Shown in pieces: positions 39,380-51,919 of a DNA stretch of 64,000 nucleotides. Made by a program: the position numbers and the translations under genes. Every line of letters begins with the position of its first letter. The stretch's first letter is position 1. Source of the DNA: Octopus sinensis (lineage: Eukaryota); the NCBI RefSeq assembly GCF_006345805.1, contig NC_043002.1, positions 74,586,001-74,650,000 on the forward strand, in the 5' to 3' direction. Under the pieces are notes generated by a model. It saw only the letters and a list, made by a program, of their open reading frames with translations. It did no database searches and had not been told where the DNA came from.

Positions 39380-39790
39380 CTGACTTCAGGAATGTACCAA
39401 AATGTCCAACCAACTGATCATCTACTTCTCAGACAAACAGACAAGCCAGTTAAAGTTATATTCAAGAGGAAACCAGATGGACAGTTAGTTGTGAATACCA
39501 AGTCTTAACTTGCTGAAGAATATACTTCTCAACATAGTCAAGTGGTTAACTAGATGGATCCAGAATCACAAGCCATTCTTAGGACAGAAGATATAGAATC
39601 TGAAAGACCTCCCTACTAGACAGTTTCAGGGAAGTACTAGTTGAAACAGATGTCAAGAAGGGGTCAGAAGCTGGGACCTGTAAAATAAAAGACACCTGGA
39701 AGTTTCTACAAGACAACTTGCTACATGCCACCGGCTAGATCTGTTGATGATTCAAAGGCTCCAGGCAGGTGATGACATATAGATAAGGAT
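39380..39790 (+). mobile_element. Degraded RTE LINE remnant
   Basis: IKDTWKFLQDNLLHAT-like segment typical of the endonuclease-RT linker. Confidence 0.4.
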
Positions 39791-40253
39791 ATTGTAGATA
39801 GGGCTACAAAATCTAAGGGTCACTTCCAGGACTAATGATATATGCTAGGCTAATTAAGTGATTGCTTAAAGTGTTAAAAACTGGGGAGTTCTGCACAAAT
39901 TCTGAGCAACTTGAACAAAATTTGTTAATCCATCCACACACCCCAAAAACATGAAATTGCAGTAATAAGAAGAGTAGGAGATGTCAAACCTTTGTGGCTA
40001 TGTCATTACCACTTGTACTTTGTAGCTGTCTACTCTGTTCAGTTATTACAAGTGACTGAAAAGAATGGCTATCTGTATAACATTATGTTACATAACCATT
40101 TGAAATGTACATACTAAATGCATTCAAAATATCAGTAATTGGTTTTGTTATTATTCAAACAATATGTGACTCATATTATAATGGTTTAGCCCATCCCTTC
40201 TTGGATAATACAGTTACAAAACACACTGGTATAAAATAAAATAAAATAAAATA

Positions 40254-40819
40254 TTGGCTTGTCTGGAAAGTTCATGCCAATTTATAGTACCTTACCTTTC
40301 GACTTATTTTAGAACATGGTTGAGTCCATGAAATAGGATTTGACTACACCTCCATTTAGAGCACAGTTTAAGCTATCTTTTCGTGGAAGAAGGTTTATGT
40401 TCCTATAACCTGTGTTAATTCTGTAACCCTTTAAAATGGAAGATAAGAAAGTTCATTTTCGGCACTTGATGCTTTGGGAACCAGGCAAAAATTGCTGCAG
40501 CTTGGCTGGGATGTGTTACCCCATCCTCCATATTCACCAGATATTACTCCTTCGGATTTCCACTTATTCAAGTCTCTGCAGAATAGTCTTAATGGTAAAA
40601 ATTTCAATTCCTTGGATGATGTAAAAAGATACCTTGATGAATTCTTTGCCATGAAACCACCCCAATTCTGGGAAGAGGGTATTTTCAAGTTAAAGGAAAG
40701 ATGGAGATGCATTGTGCAACAAAATGGTTCATATTTTGTTGATTAAAAATGTAATGGCAAGAATTTATTGACCTTTTTCTTTCCTTTAAAAATTGGCACG
40801 AACTTTCTGGACAACCCAA
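40254..40819 (+). mobile_element. Internally deleted mariner (566 bp)
   Basis: TIRs TTGGCTTGTCTGGAAAGTTCATGCCAATTT / AAATTGGCACGAACTTTCTGGACAACCCAA with TA TSD; N-terminal MEDKKVHFRHLMLWE joined to the C-terminal HPPYSPDITPSDFHLF...GSYFVD segment. Confidence 0.93.
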
Positions 40820-41221
40820 TATATATGTATAAATCTCAACTAAATGAATAACTGGTGTTTGAAAGTAATTAAAAATATAATCCAATAAATTAAAGATAAA
40901 GCAAAATTTAAAAAACTGAAATGTGATAAGATATTTCTAGTTTCTTTGCAAAATAGATCTTTGATGTATTTTCTGGTGAAATATTTTCCCTTTTCCTTAC
41001 CTATTTACTCTCAATCCTTCCACTCAAGACATTTTCTAATCCTTTCTTTCCAAAGCTACAATGTTTTGGATACCATGTCCTTTGCATTCTTACTTCTTTT
41101 AATCACAAATCTAAAATATTTAACGATAAATCCTAATTACTATTTTGCCTCATTAATTATCTCAACTTTTCTATCTAAAAGGACCTAAAATAGCAATGGA
41201 AATTGTTTGCCTCCTTTGTAT

Positions 41222-42308
41222 TTATTTCTTTATTACCCACAGGGGGCTAAACATAGAGGGGACAAACAAGGACAGACAAAGGGATTAAGTTGATTACATC
41301 AACCCCAGTGCGTAACTGATACTTATTTAATCGACCCCGAAAGGATGAAAGGCAAAGTCGACCTCGGCGGAATTTGAACTCAGAACGTAACGGCAGACGA
41401 AATACCGCAAAGCATTTCGCCCGACGTGCTAACGATGTTGCCAGTTCACTTCCCTTGCCTCCTATATATTAACATAAAAATGATGATGATTACAATTCAA
41501 TAGAATAGCTCAAATAGAACCACCTTCACACACAACACACCCTATACAATAAGCCCCTAATAATCTAAAATACCACAAACTCATGTGACATATGCAAGAT
41601 TAAGGCCCAATAAAATAACACAACTCACATCACACACACTATGTTGAACAGAACATAACACTGATATAACCAGAAACCAAATCCCCATAAACTGATGTAG
41701 TAGAGCAACAGGAGAAGTTTACACCCTTCCAATTACCACAAAGATAACAACACAACACTGCACACACCTCAGGAACATGGTGGTGTAGTAGAAACTTGCA
41801 TGAATCTATAAAATAATAATAATAACAATGGTTTCAAATTTTGGCACAAGGCCAGCAATTTTGGGGGATGGGCTAAGTTGATTAAATCGAGCCCAGTGCT
41901 CAAATGGTAATTATTTTATAGGCCCTGAAATGAAGAAAAGCAAAGTCAAATTTGAACTCAGAACATAAAAATGGACAAAATACTGCTAAGCATTTTACCA
42001 GGTGTGCAAACAATTCTGTCAGCTCTCTGCTTTAATAATAATAATAATAATTTCTTTTATTTGCTACCAGGGTAAAGGATGAAAGGAGCAGATAATAATG
42101 ATAATTCTTTCTACTATAGTCACAGGGCCTGAAATTTTGGGGAAAGGGACTAATCAATGTATTGACCCAATGCTCAAATGGTACTTATTTTATCAACCTT
42201 GAAAGGCAAAGTCGACCTTGTTGGAATTTGAACTTAGAACTAAAGCTGGAAAAAGGCTGTTAAGCATCTGGTCTGGCGTGCTAACAACTCTACCAGCTTG
42301 CCACCTTA
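41222..42308 (-). mobile_element. Three SINE family A copies (41222-41458, 41828-42035, 42100-42308)
   Basis: Same core and B-box as 35123-35527. Confidence 0.9.
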
Positions 42309-44270
42309 ATACTAATGATATTAAATAAAAATAAGTTAATGAATATCTCCATGTCTAAATTTTTATACCATGCTCTGTAAGACATAACTTCTAAAACAAT
42401 TAACAATATGTATTTCATTTCATACAAATAAAGACTTTTAAATATAACCCAATAAAGCATTGTTATATTATTTTGCTTTACAATGTTATGTATCATTTAT
42501 CAAGTAAGCCACAGTGGGTGTTTAAGAGCAGGTTTTCGGTTATTGTATCACTTAATGTTTTACTGTCAGATTAAAGTTAGATAAAAGGTCACGGGTTTCC
42601 TAATATTTTCAAACCTTGTTTGTTATGTCTCAGATTACTTCCAGTTTATTGATTGCTTGTCATCAATTTCATTCAAAATCGAACCTCTAATAGCTCTGTC
42701 TAGATCAGAGATTCTCAACTATCTTTCTTTTATCTATGGACCCTTTGATTACTATTTTATTCTGGTAGACACCCATAACCATTCAATGTATAAAAACTAA
42801 TTTTATAGATACTTCTTTCAAAATTCTTATTTTGTTTTTCACACATTAACTTATTTAACTCTTTCACTGTGAAATTAAAATTCATACTTATTCCAGTGAT
42901 GTTAAATACCTACCATTTGGTATTTTCTAAAGTCATGTTGCCTCAGTAAATTTGACATATCACAACAGAAAATATTTTCAAACATAGTATTCCTCAACAA
43001 AAGATAGAATGGTGTATAAAACTACTTTTCACTGTTAAAGGAAATGAAATTTTGAGTGGATATATCTGCTTTCTATGTAAATGAGTTAACACAAAGTAGT
43101 TTACACAGAGACATATTTAAGAAAATATATGGTAATCATCATCATCATCTACATTATTTTAATGTTCACTTTTCCATGCTTCCATAGTCAGACGGATTTT
43201 TTGAGGAAGATTTCCTATAGCTGGATGTCCTTGTAGCCAACCCTCACCTGTTTCCAAGTAAGGTAATATTTCCTCAAGGCTGGACATATTTTTCATAGAA
43301 GATTAGAAATGAGCAACATCACTTGTAAGATGGTGACTATCTTTTAGAAACATCAGGTAATGTCAAGACAACGATGCACACACACACACACATATATGTG
43401 ACAGAGTTCTATTAGTCTCTGTCTACCAAATCCACTCACAAGGCTTTGGTTGGCCTAAGCCTATAATAGAAGACACTTGCTCGAGGTGACATGCAAAGGG
43501 ACTGAAACCAAAACTACATGGTTGGGAATGCTAATAATTTTATGTCTGCTAAAATTATATGATATTACTCGATCCAAAACAAAAATGTTCTCTGTATATC
43601 AAAATATAAAATGACAATTGTAATTAGATAGCAAAAGCCTAAAGTGTCCAGTTCTTGTATCAACTGTTATTCATCTGAATCCATTCCACTGCAACCTATA
43701 CATTGCTGCATAACCAAAGAAATATGGAATCAGCTTTCTATACAAATGTACAGATTCAATATTTCAAGGCTGTTCAGTGGTATGAGGCTATTTCAATGAT
43801 GAGATTTTGTGACTGACCTTCTTATTTTCTTTGCCTTAGTTTACTGAAATAATTGTATTTCCTTCTCCAACTTCATTGCTGAATTGTTTACAGTAAAAAT
43901 GGCATGTTCCTGCAAATTTTTTTGCTCAATTTATTAAACAACCCGTATTTGATGGCCTATAAGATGCACAAGTGAATTAGATACACCATAATATCAGCAG
44001 CAGAAACTCAAGAAAATATGTTTCTAGTGTATTGCAGCATGTAATATAGGTTCAACTTTGCATATGAGATTCAGGATGATATTCAAATCACTTATTTGGA
44101 AAATAAGTGTCTTAACTGCATCAAGCACAGTTTATAAAAGTTCATTTTTGTAAAAGCTATACACCATACATGGAAAATTGGATGAATGAATAATAATAAA
44201 AAAAAAGATTTTTACAAAAAAAATGTTTTATTTTATCCCAGTCTCATTCGTTTGTAAATAATCCTTTTTA

Positions 44271-44456
44271 TTCTGTTGTGTCCGGGGAGAGTCATTTTCT
44301 TTTTGTGCCTTATAATATAACACACTCACCAGTAAAATTTTCACTCTTTTCTTATTTTTATTTTCCTAAAATTTTCGTTGCATCTTACAACCTTTTCAAT
44401 AGTTTTGACTCTTATAAAGCACAAAAAGAAAATGACTCTCCCCAGACACAACAGAA
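44271..44456. mobile_element. MITE with ~38-bp TIRs and TA TSD
   Basis: TA|TTCTGTTGTGTCCGGGGAGAGTCATTTTCTTTTTGTGC ... GCACAAAAAGAAAATGACTCTCCCCAGACACAACAGAA|TA. Confidence 0.88.
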
Positions 44457-44619
44457 TATGCTTCAACACACAAACTCACATAAAGAATCTTGCAAACCAA
44501 ATCCAAAAACGAAATCCTTTTTATGTTATTACATACTTAGTGACAGGTGCTTAACTTTTAAAGCACCAGGTGAATTATTTTGAGGAAATAATAACAGCAT
44601 GCAGTCAACTCTGTAGAAT

Positions 44620-45480
44620 CAGTAAAAGACTGATGAAGATAACCATGCTAATAGGTAACTAGGTTACCAGTTAAAGCCTTAGTGTTCATATCTTCAGTGC
44701 TGCTTCCATTATCATGGCTCTTAACTTTCATTGGCACAGCACACCAAGCTGTAAAAGGATAAACAGCAGCAGTCTTGGGAAGTTGAAAAGTATTTTACCT
44801 GTGTTTAGAGTTAATTTCAATTCTCCTTGATGGTATTTTTTGAAGAGAAACAAGTTTGGATTCTTTCGGACTAAACTGTCTGAGATTATGCTACATGAAT
44901 ATGATTAGCCTATGCTTGTGGGCCTGAGGCTGAATGACTGTATGCCAGTCATTCAGGTGGCTCTTTTCTGGATGCTGTGTAGAGTGTCTGTATGTGCAAC
45001 AGCAGATGAATCCAAGACACCAATATTCAATTGTGAGCCTCATCTGAATTTTGTAGATTATCAATAACTGTTGGGAGAATAAGTATTTTCTGATCCTGAC
45101 AAGAAGGGCCAGCCATTTGGATACATCCAATCCTAACTCTGTTCAGGATTTTCTTTTTACTAAGAGAAAACCTTAGTGATTGTGAGATCCAACAATTGGA
45201 GTTACAGTGCTGGCTCTAGCTGAGTGTGGCTCATGCTTAAACAAAGTTTGGGTGTGATGATATTTTCTTGATATGAGTAACATTTGTGTTTTGTTGTTTT
45301 TGAAAGAGATAAGATCAGTATATATCCATTTGAGGAAGCTTTTGAGAGACTGTTCATGGAATTAATCTGTGTTTGGTATGTGGTGACTAAGTTGCTGGTG
45401 GATGATGCATGGCTGGGGAAGATTGAGGTGGAATGAAGGTTGTGGCATCTGCACAAGAGTGGGTGTGGTTGGATGTGGTC
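44620..45480 (-). mobile_element. Degraded CR1-group LINE; related fragments at ~46460-46620 (+) and ~3340-3500 (+)
   Basis: LLVRIRKYL.SQQLLIIYKIQMR..IEY post-RT motif; ~160 bp aligns in inverted orientation with 46460-46620; YKAQV motif at 3370. Confidence 0.6.
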
Positions 45481-46680
45481 ACAAGTAAGTCATTGATGTA
45501 TATAAGAAAGACAATCAGGACAAGACTGAACCCATTCCTGTGTCTGGTTTTCTTGATCCCTTCAAAATGAGAAGAAAAAAATGAATATTTAGGGCAAGTT
45601 TATTGATTATGGCTTTTCCTTGAACATGACAAGATATATTGGAAACCTATCACCTATCCAACCCAAGTCAACATGGAAAACTAACACAAGTGCAGGCATG
45701 GCTTATAGATCCAAGTGGTTGTGTGGCTAAGAAACTTGCTTCCCAACCATGTGATCTTGGGTTCTGTCCTACTGCACAGCAGCTTGGGTATGTGTCTTGG
45801 GCTGCCTAAAGCCTTGAGAGTAAGTTTGGTAAAATGAAAACTGAAATAAGTTTGTTGTATATATGTATGTATGAGTGAATATTTGTCTTGACATCGTTTG
45901 TTGATTGTAAACTAACATCACTGTTTTACAAGTGGTGTTGTTCATTTCTCATCTTCCATGGAAAATATGCCTGGTCATGGGAACTGTTACCTTACTTGAA
46001 AACAGGTAAGGTGTGGTAGGTGGAAGAGCATCCAGCTGTAGAAAATCTGCCCCAACAAAATTCCATCTGGCTCGTGCAAGTATGGAAAAGTTCTTTTTTA
46101 TGACCTGCCATAAATTTCTCCCTAATTTTTGTTCCCTGTTATTAGTTCAAACTTTGTTGCTGCTGTTATAGTGTGACTTTTTTTAAATTCATGACTGATA
46201 GCCTTTCTCCTCTGACTAAACCATAAAAATGTAGTCAAGGGAGAAAGAACAACAGAGCTTCAGAGACTGGTATAAATGAAAGGAACAGTAACAATAGCTC
46301 ATGGATTACTATTCAGATATCTATTTAGCCTAAGGCTGAAGTCCTTGCAGTAGTGGGGGTTCTGCTAAAGGTAAGCAAGGGCAGTGGCATTGTTAATAGG
46401 GGAGCAAGGGGAGTGACCACTCCCACCGATGATGATGATGAACTAAATTAAAAAAGTTAAAGGGAATTTAACAGACCTTCTCCTCAAGGTCAGAAGATAT
46501 TTCAGTCCCTAACAATTATCGATAATCTACAAAGCTCAGATGAAGTGCATAATGAAATATCACCTTTGCATTCTGGAACAGTGCTATGACTATATACACA
46601 GATACCTATCACAGTATCCAGAAAATGGCCACCTCAGTGATTAATATAAAATCACTTTGCTGAAATCTGCTGGTTTTTCT

Positions 46681-47114
46681 TTTTTTACTTCCTTCAGTCA
46701 CCTGACTGTGGTCATGCTGGGTCATGAAGTGTTTTTAGTTGAACAAATCGACCCCATGTCACCTGCTCATCCAGGACTTAATATTTTTTTTAAAGTATGG
46801 TACTTATTCTACTGGTCTTTGTTGATGAACTGCTATGTTATGGGGACATAAGCATACGAACACCAGTTGTCAAGTGGTGGTAGGGGGACAAACATAGACA
46901 CAAAGACACACACATAAATTCATTCATACATGTATACATATATATGTGTGTATCTACGATGGGCTTCTTTCAGATTCCATCCATCAGATCCACTCACAAG
47001 GCTTTGGTCAGCCCAAGGCTATAGTAGAAGACACTTGCCTAAGGTACCACGCAGTGGGGTTGAATCCAGGCCCATGTGGTTGGGAAGCAAGCTCCTTACC
47101 ACACAGTCAAGCCT
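46681..47114 (-). mobile_element. SINE family B copy; further partial copies at ~17680, 30360, 43370, 45690, 51500, 54392, 61605, 62530 and 63445
   Basis: Shared CCACTCACAAGGCTTTGGTC...AGAAGACACTTGCC segment. Confidence 0.9.
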
Positions 47115-47542
47115 TTAAAAAAAAAACTTGTTCAGGAAAGGGAGATCGGTGTCCTTGACCCCATTTTCAGTGCTTTCTAAGCTAGTAGTAGGCTGGGAGG
47201 GAGTCAGGTGGTATCCTCAAACCTTAAATCTAGCCTAAATGCTAGTCACAGAGTGAATTCTGCTTAAAGGCACCCAAAGACCAGGCGATGGTGTTAAAAC
47301 AGGTAACGGATTAAGTCTACTACTCAAGAATTCAAATGGCAAAAAATTCGAATAAATACTACAAACCATTTTGTCTGAGGCTCAAACAGTTCTATCAATC
47401 AGTAAAGGTGAAAAGGCAAAATTCATCTCAGCGGGATTTGAACCTTAGTACTCAATGAGCCGGAACAAACACGTGAGGTATTTCTCCTAACGCTCTTACG
47501 ATTTGGTCAATTCACCGTCATAGGAATTCCGTTAGAAAACAT

Positions 47543-48091
47543 ATTATTATATTACATATTACCTATCCCGTCGTCTCACTGACTTCATTACCACTAATGA
47601 CTTTGCGACCATATCCCTTCACCCGTCTCTGTCTTCTGTCTCTCATCTTTAAGCCTGTCCACTCATAGATGTTATTTTCCCACCTTTTCTGTCTGCCATT
47701 TTTGACTGTTCCCTGAAGGATTATTTCGGCCATCCCTGGTGAGTGGGTGACATGCCCAAACCACCTGAGCTTGCATTTCTTTACTGTGGTAAGAAGTTCC
47801 TTATAGGGCCCTATTGCCTGCCTTATTTTTCTTTTCACATCCTCGTTTGTGATACGACCTCTTGGGGTGTTAGTAAGTATCCAAGGTTCCAAGCCTGAAT
47901 TGATATCCTGCATTGCCAAAACAACCGCAGCAATGACCAAATTCAGAAGACTGTGGAAAGACAGAAATATCTCACTGTGCTCCAAAATTAGGATTCCTGT
48001 ACGCCTGTGAGACATGGACACTGACAGCAGAAATCGAAAGAATTCAAGCTACGGAGATGAATGTTTGAAGAGACTTTTGGGAATATCATAC
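47543..48091 (-). mobile_element. 5'-truncated, 5'-inverted RTE (BovB-like) LINE with 9-bp TSD
   Basis: TSD AGAAAACAT at 47534-47542 and 48092-48100. The 3' segment is on minus (RITNEDV...LRWFGHV) and the upstream segment is on plus (GSKPE...FLYACETWTL...LLGISY). Confidence 0.88.
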
Positions 48092-48835
48092 AGAAAACAT
48101 GTTAACCACTCATTTTTTTAATATATTACTCCCCTTTCTAAATCCAAAATTAAAAATCAAACAAATAATTTGATAAACATCAGTGTAACAACAATAAATT
48201 TATCAAATTCAAACAATTGCGTTGCATAAACGAAATTACGATAAGTTTATAGTGCAAGGGAATTAACTCTAGAGATTATTTTATGTAGGGGAAACAACCC
48301 TAAATTACACATGCCGAAGGACGATTAATAAATATTTTTTGTTTGTTACTTTCTTTTATGAAATCAGAAAACAATTCCAGATTACAATGAAAAAGAAAAT
48401 TATTTTCGATTTATAGAATTGTATTTGAGTTAGCTGCTTTTGAAATGGAAATGTGATCGTGATGTTATTGTTCTGCGTTTGGAAATAAAAATTTGTTAAT
48501 AATTTTGGCGCTCATTTGTATGAGTGTTTTTTTTTTCACCAAGAAAACACTGACTGCGAGAAAATAATCGATAGAATAAATAAATTATGATATATTACTG
48601 TTTTATATTTTATATAAAGAGTAGAATCCTTTTAAACTTATGGAGGGTGAGGTGAAATCAGTAAATGTTTGCCAGTATAAATAAGTTCGTATTAAGTTTA
48701 GGGGATGTGAGACGTTTCAGATAAGCGGCAATCACGCATTTAATACTGTTATGTATGTTAAAGATTTATGAGATATTCAACTTTAAATAGTTATGTAGAC
48801 ATAGCTCAACGGAGATACGGAAAAGACGGGACAGA

Positions 48836-48975
48836 GGTGAAGAATAATTACACCACCCGTTTTCGACGTAAGAAAAACTTTACCTTAACCCTAACCCTGA
48901 CCCTAAACCCTAATCCTAAACACCGGGCGTGCGCATTCTTTACTTTCGCCGAAGAACGAGGGTGTATAATTCACT
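48836..48975. mobile_element. Small inverted-repeat element enclosing telomere-like (CCCTAA)n
   Basis: Arms GTGAAGAATAATTACACCACCCGTTTTCG and CGAAGAACGAGGGTGTATAATTCAC; about six degenerate CCCTAA units at 48883-48921. Confidence 0.6.
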
Positions 48976-49370
48976 GCCGCAGCAGTACTGTGGATTGGAA
49001 ATATAATTCAGTGGCTTGTAGCACTGAATTACTCTAATTCTTCTCGTGAGAAAAGATGTAATATTGCTAAAGACATTTTGTGTGTCATCAACGTATCCAA
49101 AGAAACCTGAAGACGGGCACTGCTCCTATGTATTTTTCTGATTCATGACAGGATTAGCTTTAAAGATGAATCACCTAATAAGTTAGTGACACAGGTAGGC
49201 ATAAAAGCAATGTTCTGAAACGCATGGGAATGATCTTTTATGAAATAAATGCCATATGTTTAAATAACAGCGTTGCATATTTTTAGAACAACATTCTAAA
49301 CAGAAGAAACGTTGCCTTTACAAATAACTATTTACATCGTTGCATTCACTTTTATTTTATTATTGGAACA

Positions 49371-49533
49371 GGCGCAGGAGTGGCTGTGTGGCAAGTAGCT
49401 TGCTTACCAACCACATGATTCCGGGTTCATTCCCACTGTGTGGAATCTTGGGCAAGTGTCTTCTACTATAGCCTCGGGCCGACCAAAGCTTTGTGAGTGG
49501 ATTTGGTAAACGGAAACTGAAAGAAGCCCGTCG

Positions 49534-49612
<79 letters not shown>

Positions 49613-49812
49613 TTATGTGTTTGTGTTTGTCGCCCAACATTGCTTGGCAACCGATGGTGGTGTGTTTACGTCCCCGTAACTTAGCTGTTCGGCAAAAGAG
49701 ACCGATAGAATAAGTACTAGGCTTATAAAGAATAAGTCCTGGGGTTGATTTGCTTGACTAAAGGCGGTGCTCCAGCATGGCCACGGTCATATGACTGAAA
49801 CAAGCAAAAGAG
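49371..49812 (+). mobile_element. Full-length tRNA-derived SINE family B with an internal (TA)n/(TG)n tract
   Basis: GGCGCAGGAGTGGCTGTGTGG head, CCGGGTTCATTCCC B-box region, TTGTGAGTGGATTTGG core, CAAGCAAAAGAG tail. Confidence 0.93.
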
Positions 49813-49829
49813 GAACTCCAGGAGTCTTG

Positions 49830-50630
49830 TATGTGTAGCAGGCTTGCTGCTTACAACCTTCACTACCATGTGATCTGTTCTTTTCAACTAATATTTTCCT
49901 GATTATTCTGGCTGTGCCAAGAAGGCACACCTTTAGCAACAGTTCTACTGGTCACTTTATTCTGATTTCCTTTATATTCCTCTTGATGCTGTCCTAAAGG
50001 ACCCAACAATAATTGGCACTATCTTCACCCTCTTCATTTTCCATAGCCAAGCTATTTCATACTCAAGAGGATTGTATATATTTTTTCACCTTCCTTCTTA
50101 ACTATTTGTGGATCAAAGGGGCATGTAACATCAACTATATAACATATGTGGTGCACCTTATCCATCACCACTAGGTCTGGTCTGTTAAGCTCTAGCATCT
50201 GATCTGTTTGGATTGGAAAATCCTACAGGATTTTGCAGGTCTCTGATTCCACCACACTCTGGTTTCTAATCCTACATCTTGCCTCTCTCTGTAGTCCCCA
50301 CTTTTTGCACAGTTTCCAATGTAGCACTTTCACTACATCATCGCCGCGACAACTTGTAATGGTTTTGGGCAAGTCTAGGACATTTGTTCACAATATGGGC
50401 AATGGTTTCATCCACTCTATTACAGATGCAGCACAGTGAGCCAAAGTTTGGTCTTGTGCAGCCAGTATGGTGCTCTGTCTCTTTTTTTCAGTGCTCCTTT
50501 CTTCAGCCAGTCCTACCTATATTTTCCAGCAACTTCTACATTGGATTGATTGTGTAGCTTCTTGTTGTATAATGCTTCTTCATATTCTTTTTGTCTTTCT
50601 CTTTTTCTCTGCTTTCAATATGCCGTTATT
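49830..50630 (-). mobile_element. R4/Dong-like non-LTR retrotransposon 3' fragment (restriction-like endonuclease type)
   Basis: WLKKGALKKETE...AAQDQ, C.ICN..DETIAHIVNKC (CCHC), KIL.DFPIQTD...RPDLVV, IVDVTCPFD and CLLGTARIIRK, all degraded. Confidence 0.8.
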
Positions 50631-51919
50631 CCAAACTGACACTAGCAAAGGTTCCTTACTTTGAGATAGGTATCTCAGTCAGCTCCTAGGTTTGGTATAT
50701 ACACAGTCTTCCACACTTATCAGTTCCCAGGCTGATGATTCTACACTATATTTCATCAGTGGAAACCATAGAGTTAATAGATGCATATGTCATAGAAGAG
50801 AAAAGGTTTTGTGCTTTCATAGTTTCAATGAAATCCAGTTGGACAGCTCTAATATATTGTTGAATTATTGTGCTTCTTTTACTATTTCACCAATAAATGT
50901 TATAGGCAAATACTTCTATTTTGCACCTAGAGAGAAGGGTTAAAATGAATTTGGCCATATTTGAACTAAGATATATAAACTATAAAATTGCTTATCACTT
51001 AGTGGGACAAAACCACAGAATCATTATCCTGCTGTTCAAAATGGAATCTTCATGTTTTGTTATTTCTCAATGACTATGCAATGTCATTCATAACATAAAA
51101 TTTGGAACATGAGGCTAACAGTTAAGATATTAGAGTTTAGTTATGATATTTTCCAAACAGGTATCATGTAATTCCTTGTTAATATTTGAAAGAAATACAT
51201 GATATAACTGGGGTCTTCAAGAGAAATTTGGCAAGGTGGAACAAGACTGTTGTTAGGTTCTCTCAGAATTTGAGAGCTGTGTGAGTTTTGATCAGGGAGG
51301 AGTCTGGTAGATAGTCTTGAACCACTTGTTGGTTCTCTGACTTGAAACATTTAGTTGAACAAATTTCCCCAAATACTTATTCTGTTTTGAGTCTGCTACA
51401 CTTATTCATCGTGCTGAAACACCATCAAACCAATTCTGGTAGTCAAGTGTGGGACACACTCCACAATATGCACATACACATATGTATGTGTATACTCACA
51501 CACATACATACACACACTGAACCTCCACACAATTTTATTCTATCAGATTCACTCACAAGTCATTGAGTGATCCAAGGCTAATAGTTGAAGACACTTGCTC
51601 AAGGTGCTATGCATTAGAAATGAACCTGAAACCATGTGACTGGGAAGCAAACTTCTTAATCGCATAGCTATGTCACTGATTATAGTTCTTCATTCTTAAG
51701 AAGATTAAAAGGCTAAATATACAATAAATGTAATTCTGTAAAATTCTCTTATTCATATCTTTGAAATTATGTATTGCAATTTGGTCAAATATAGTTTCAG
51801 CCTATTATTTTTCTGTTTGATGACTTGAATGGTATGACAATAGTGCTTGGCAACAGTGGATTTGTAGAATCATGAAAGTGTTGGGAAAATTGCCTACATA
51901 ATTTCATTACAGCTCTTTA

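Larger units (their letters stand above)
47270..49800. promoter_or_regulatory. Second CpG-retaining domain, no gene assigned
   Basis: Frequent CG in non-repeat sequence, bounded by CG-poor blocks (by eye). Confidence 0.35.

Noticed and set aside
44630-44690. CTGATGA as a hammerhead ribozyme core (also CTGAAGA near 49117)
   Set aside because: No GAAA at the end of a stem II and no closing helices could be built.
44799-44890. Apparent minus-strand exon (SLVRKNPNLFLFKKYHQGELKLTLNT, CAG|GTAAAA)
   Set aside because: Lies within a CR1 remnant, has a weak acceptor and no partner exons.
44930-44956. Perfect 11-bp hairpin CTGAATGACTG-N5-CAGTCATTCAG
   Set aside because: Roughly expected by chance in 64 kb and inside a decayed LINE.
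47563-48021. 152-aa ORF as one protein
   Set aside because: Crosses the inversion junction; the first half is antisense RTE sequence.
49371-49450. tRNA genes
   Set aside because: All A/B-box matches are SINE heads followed by SINE bodies; no complete cloverleaf found.
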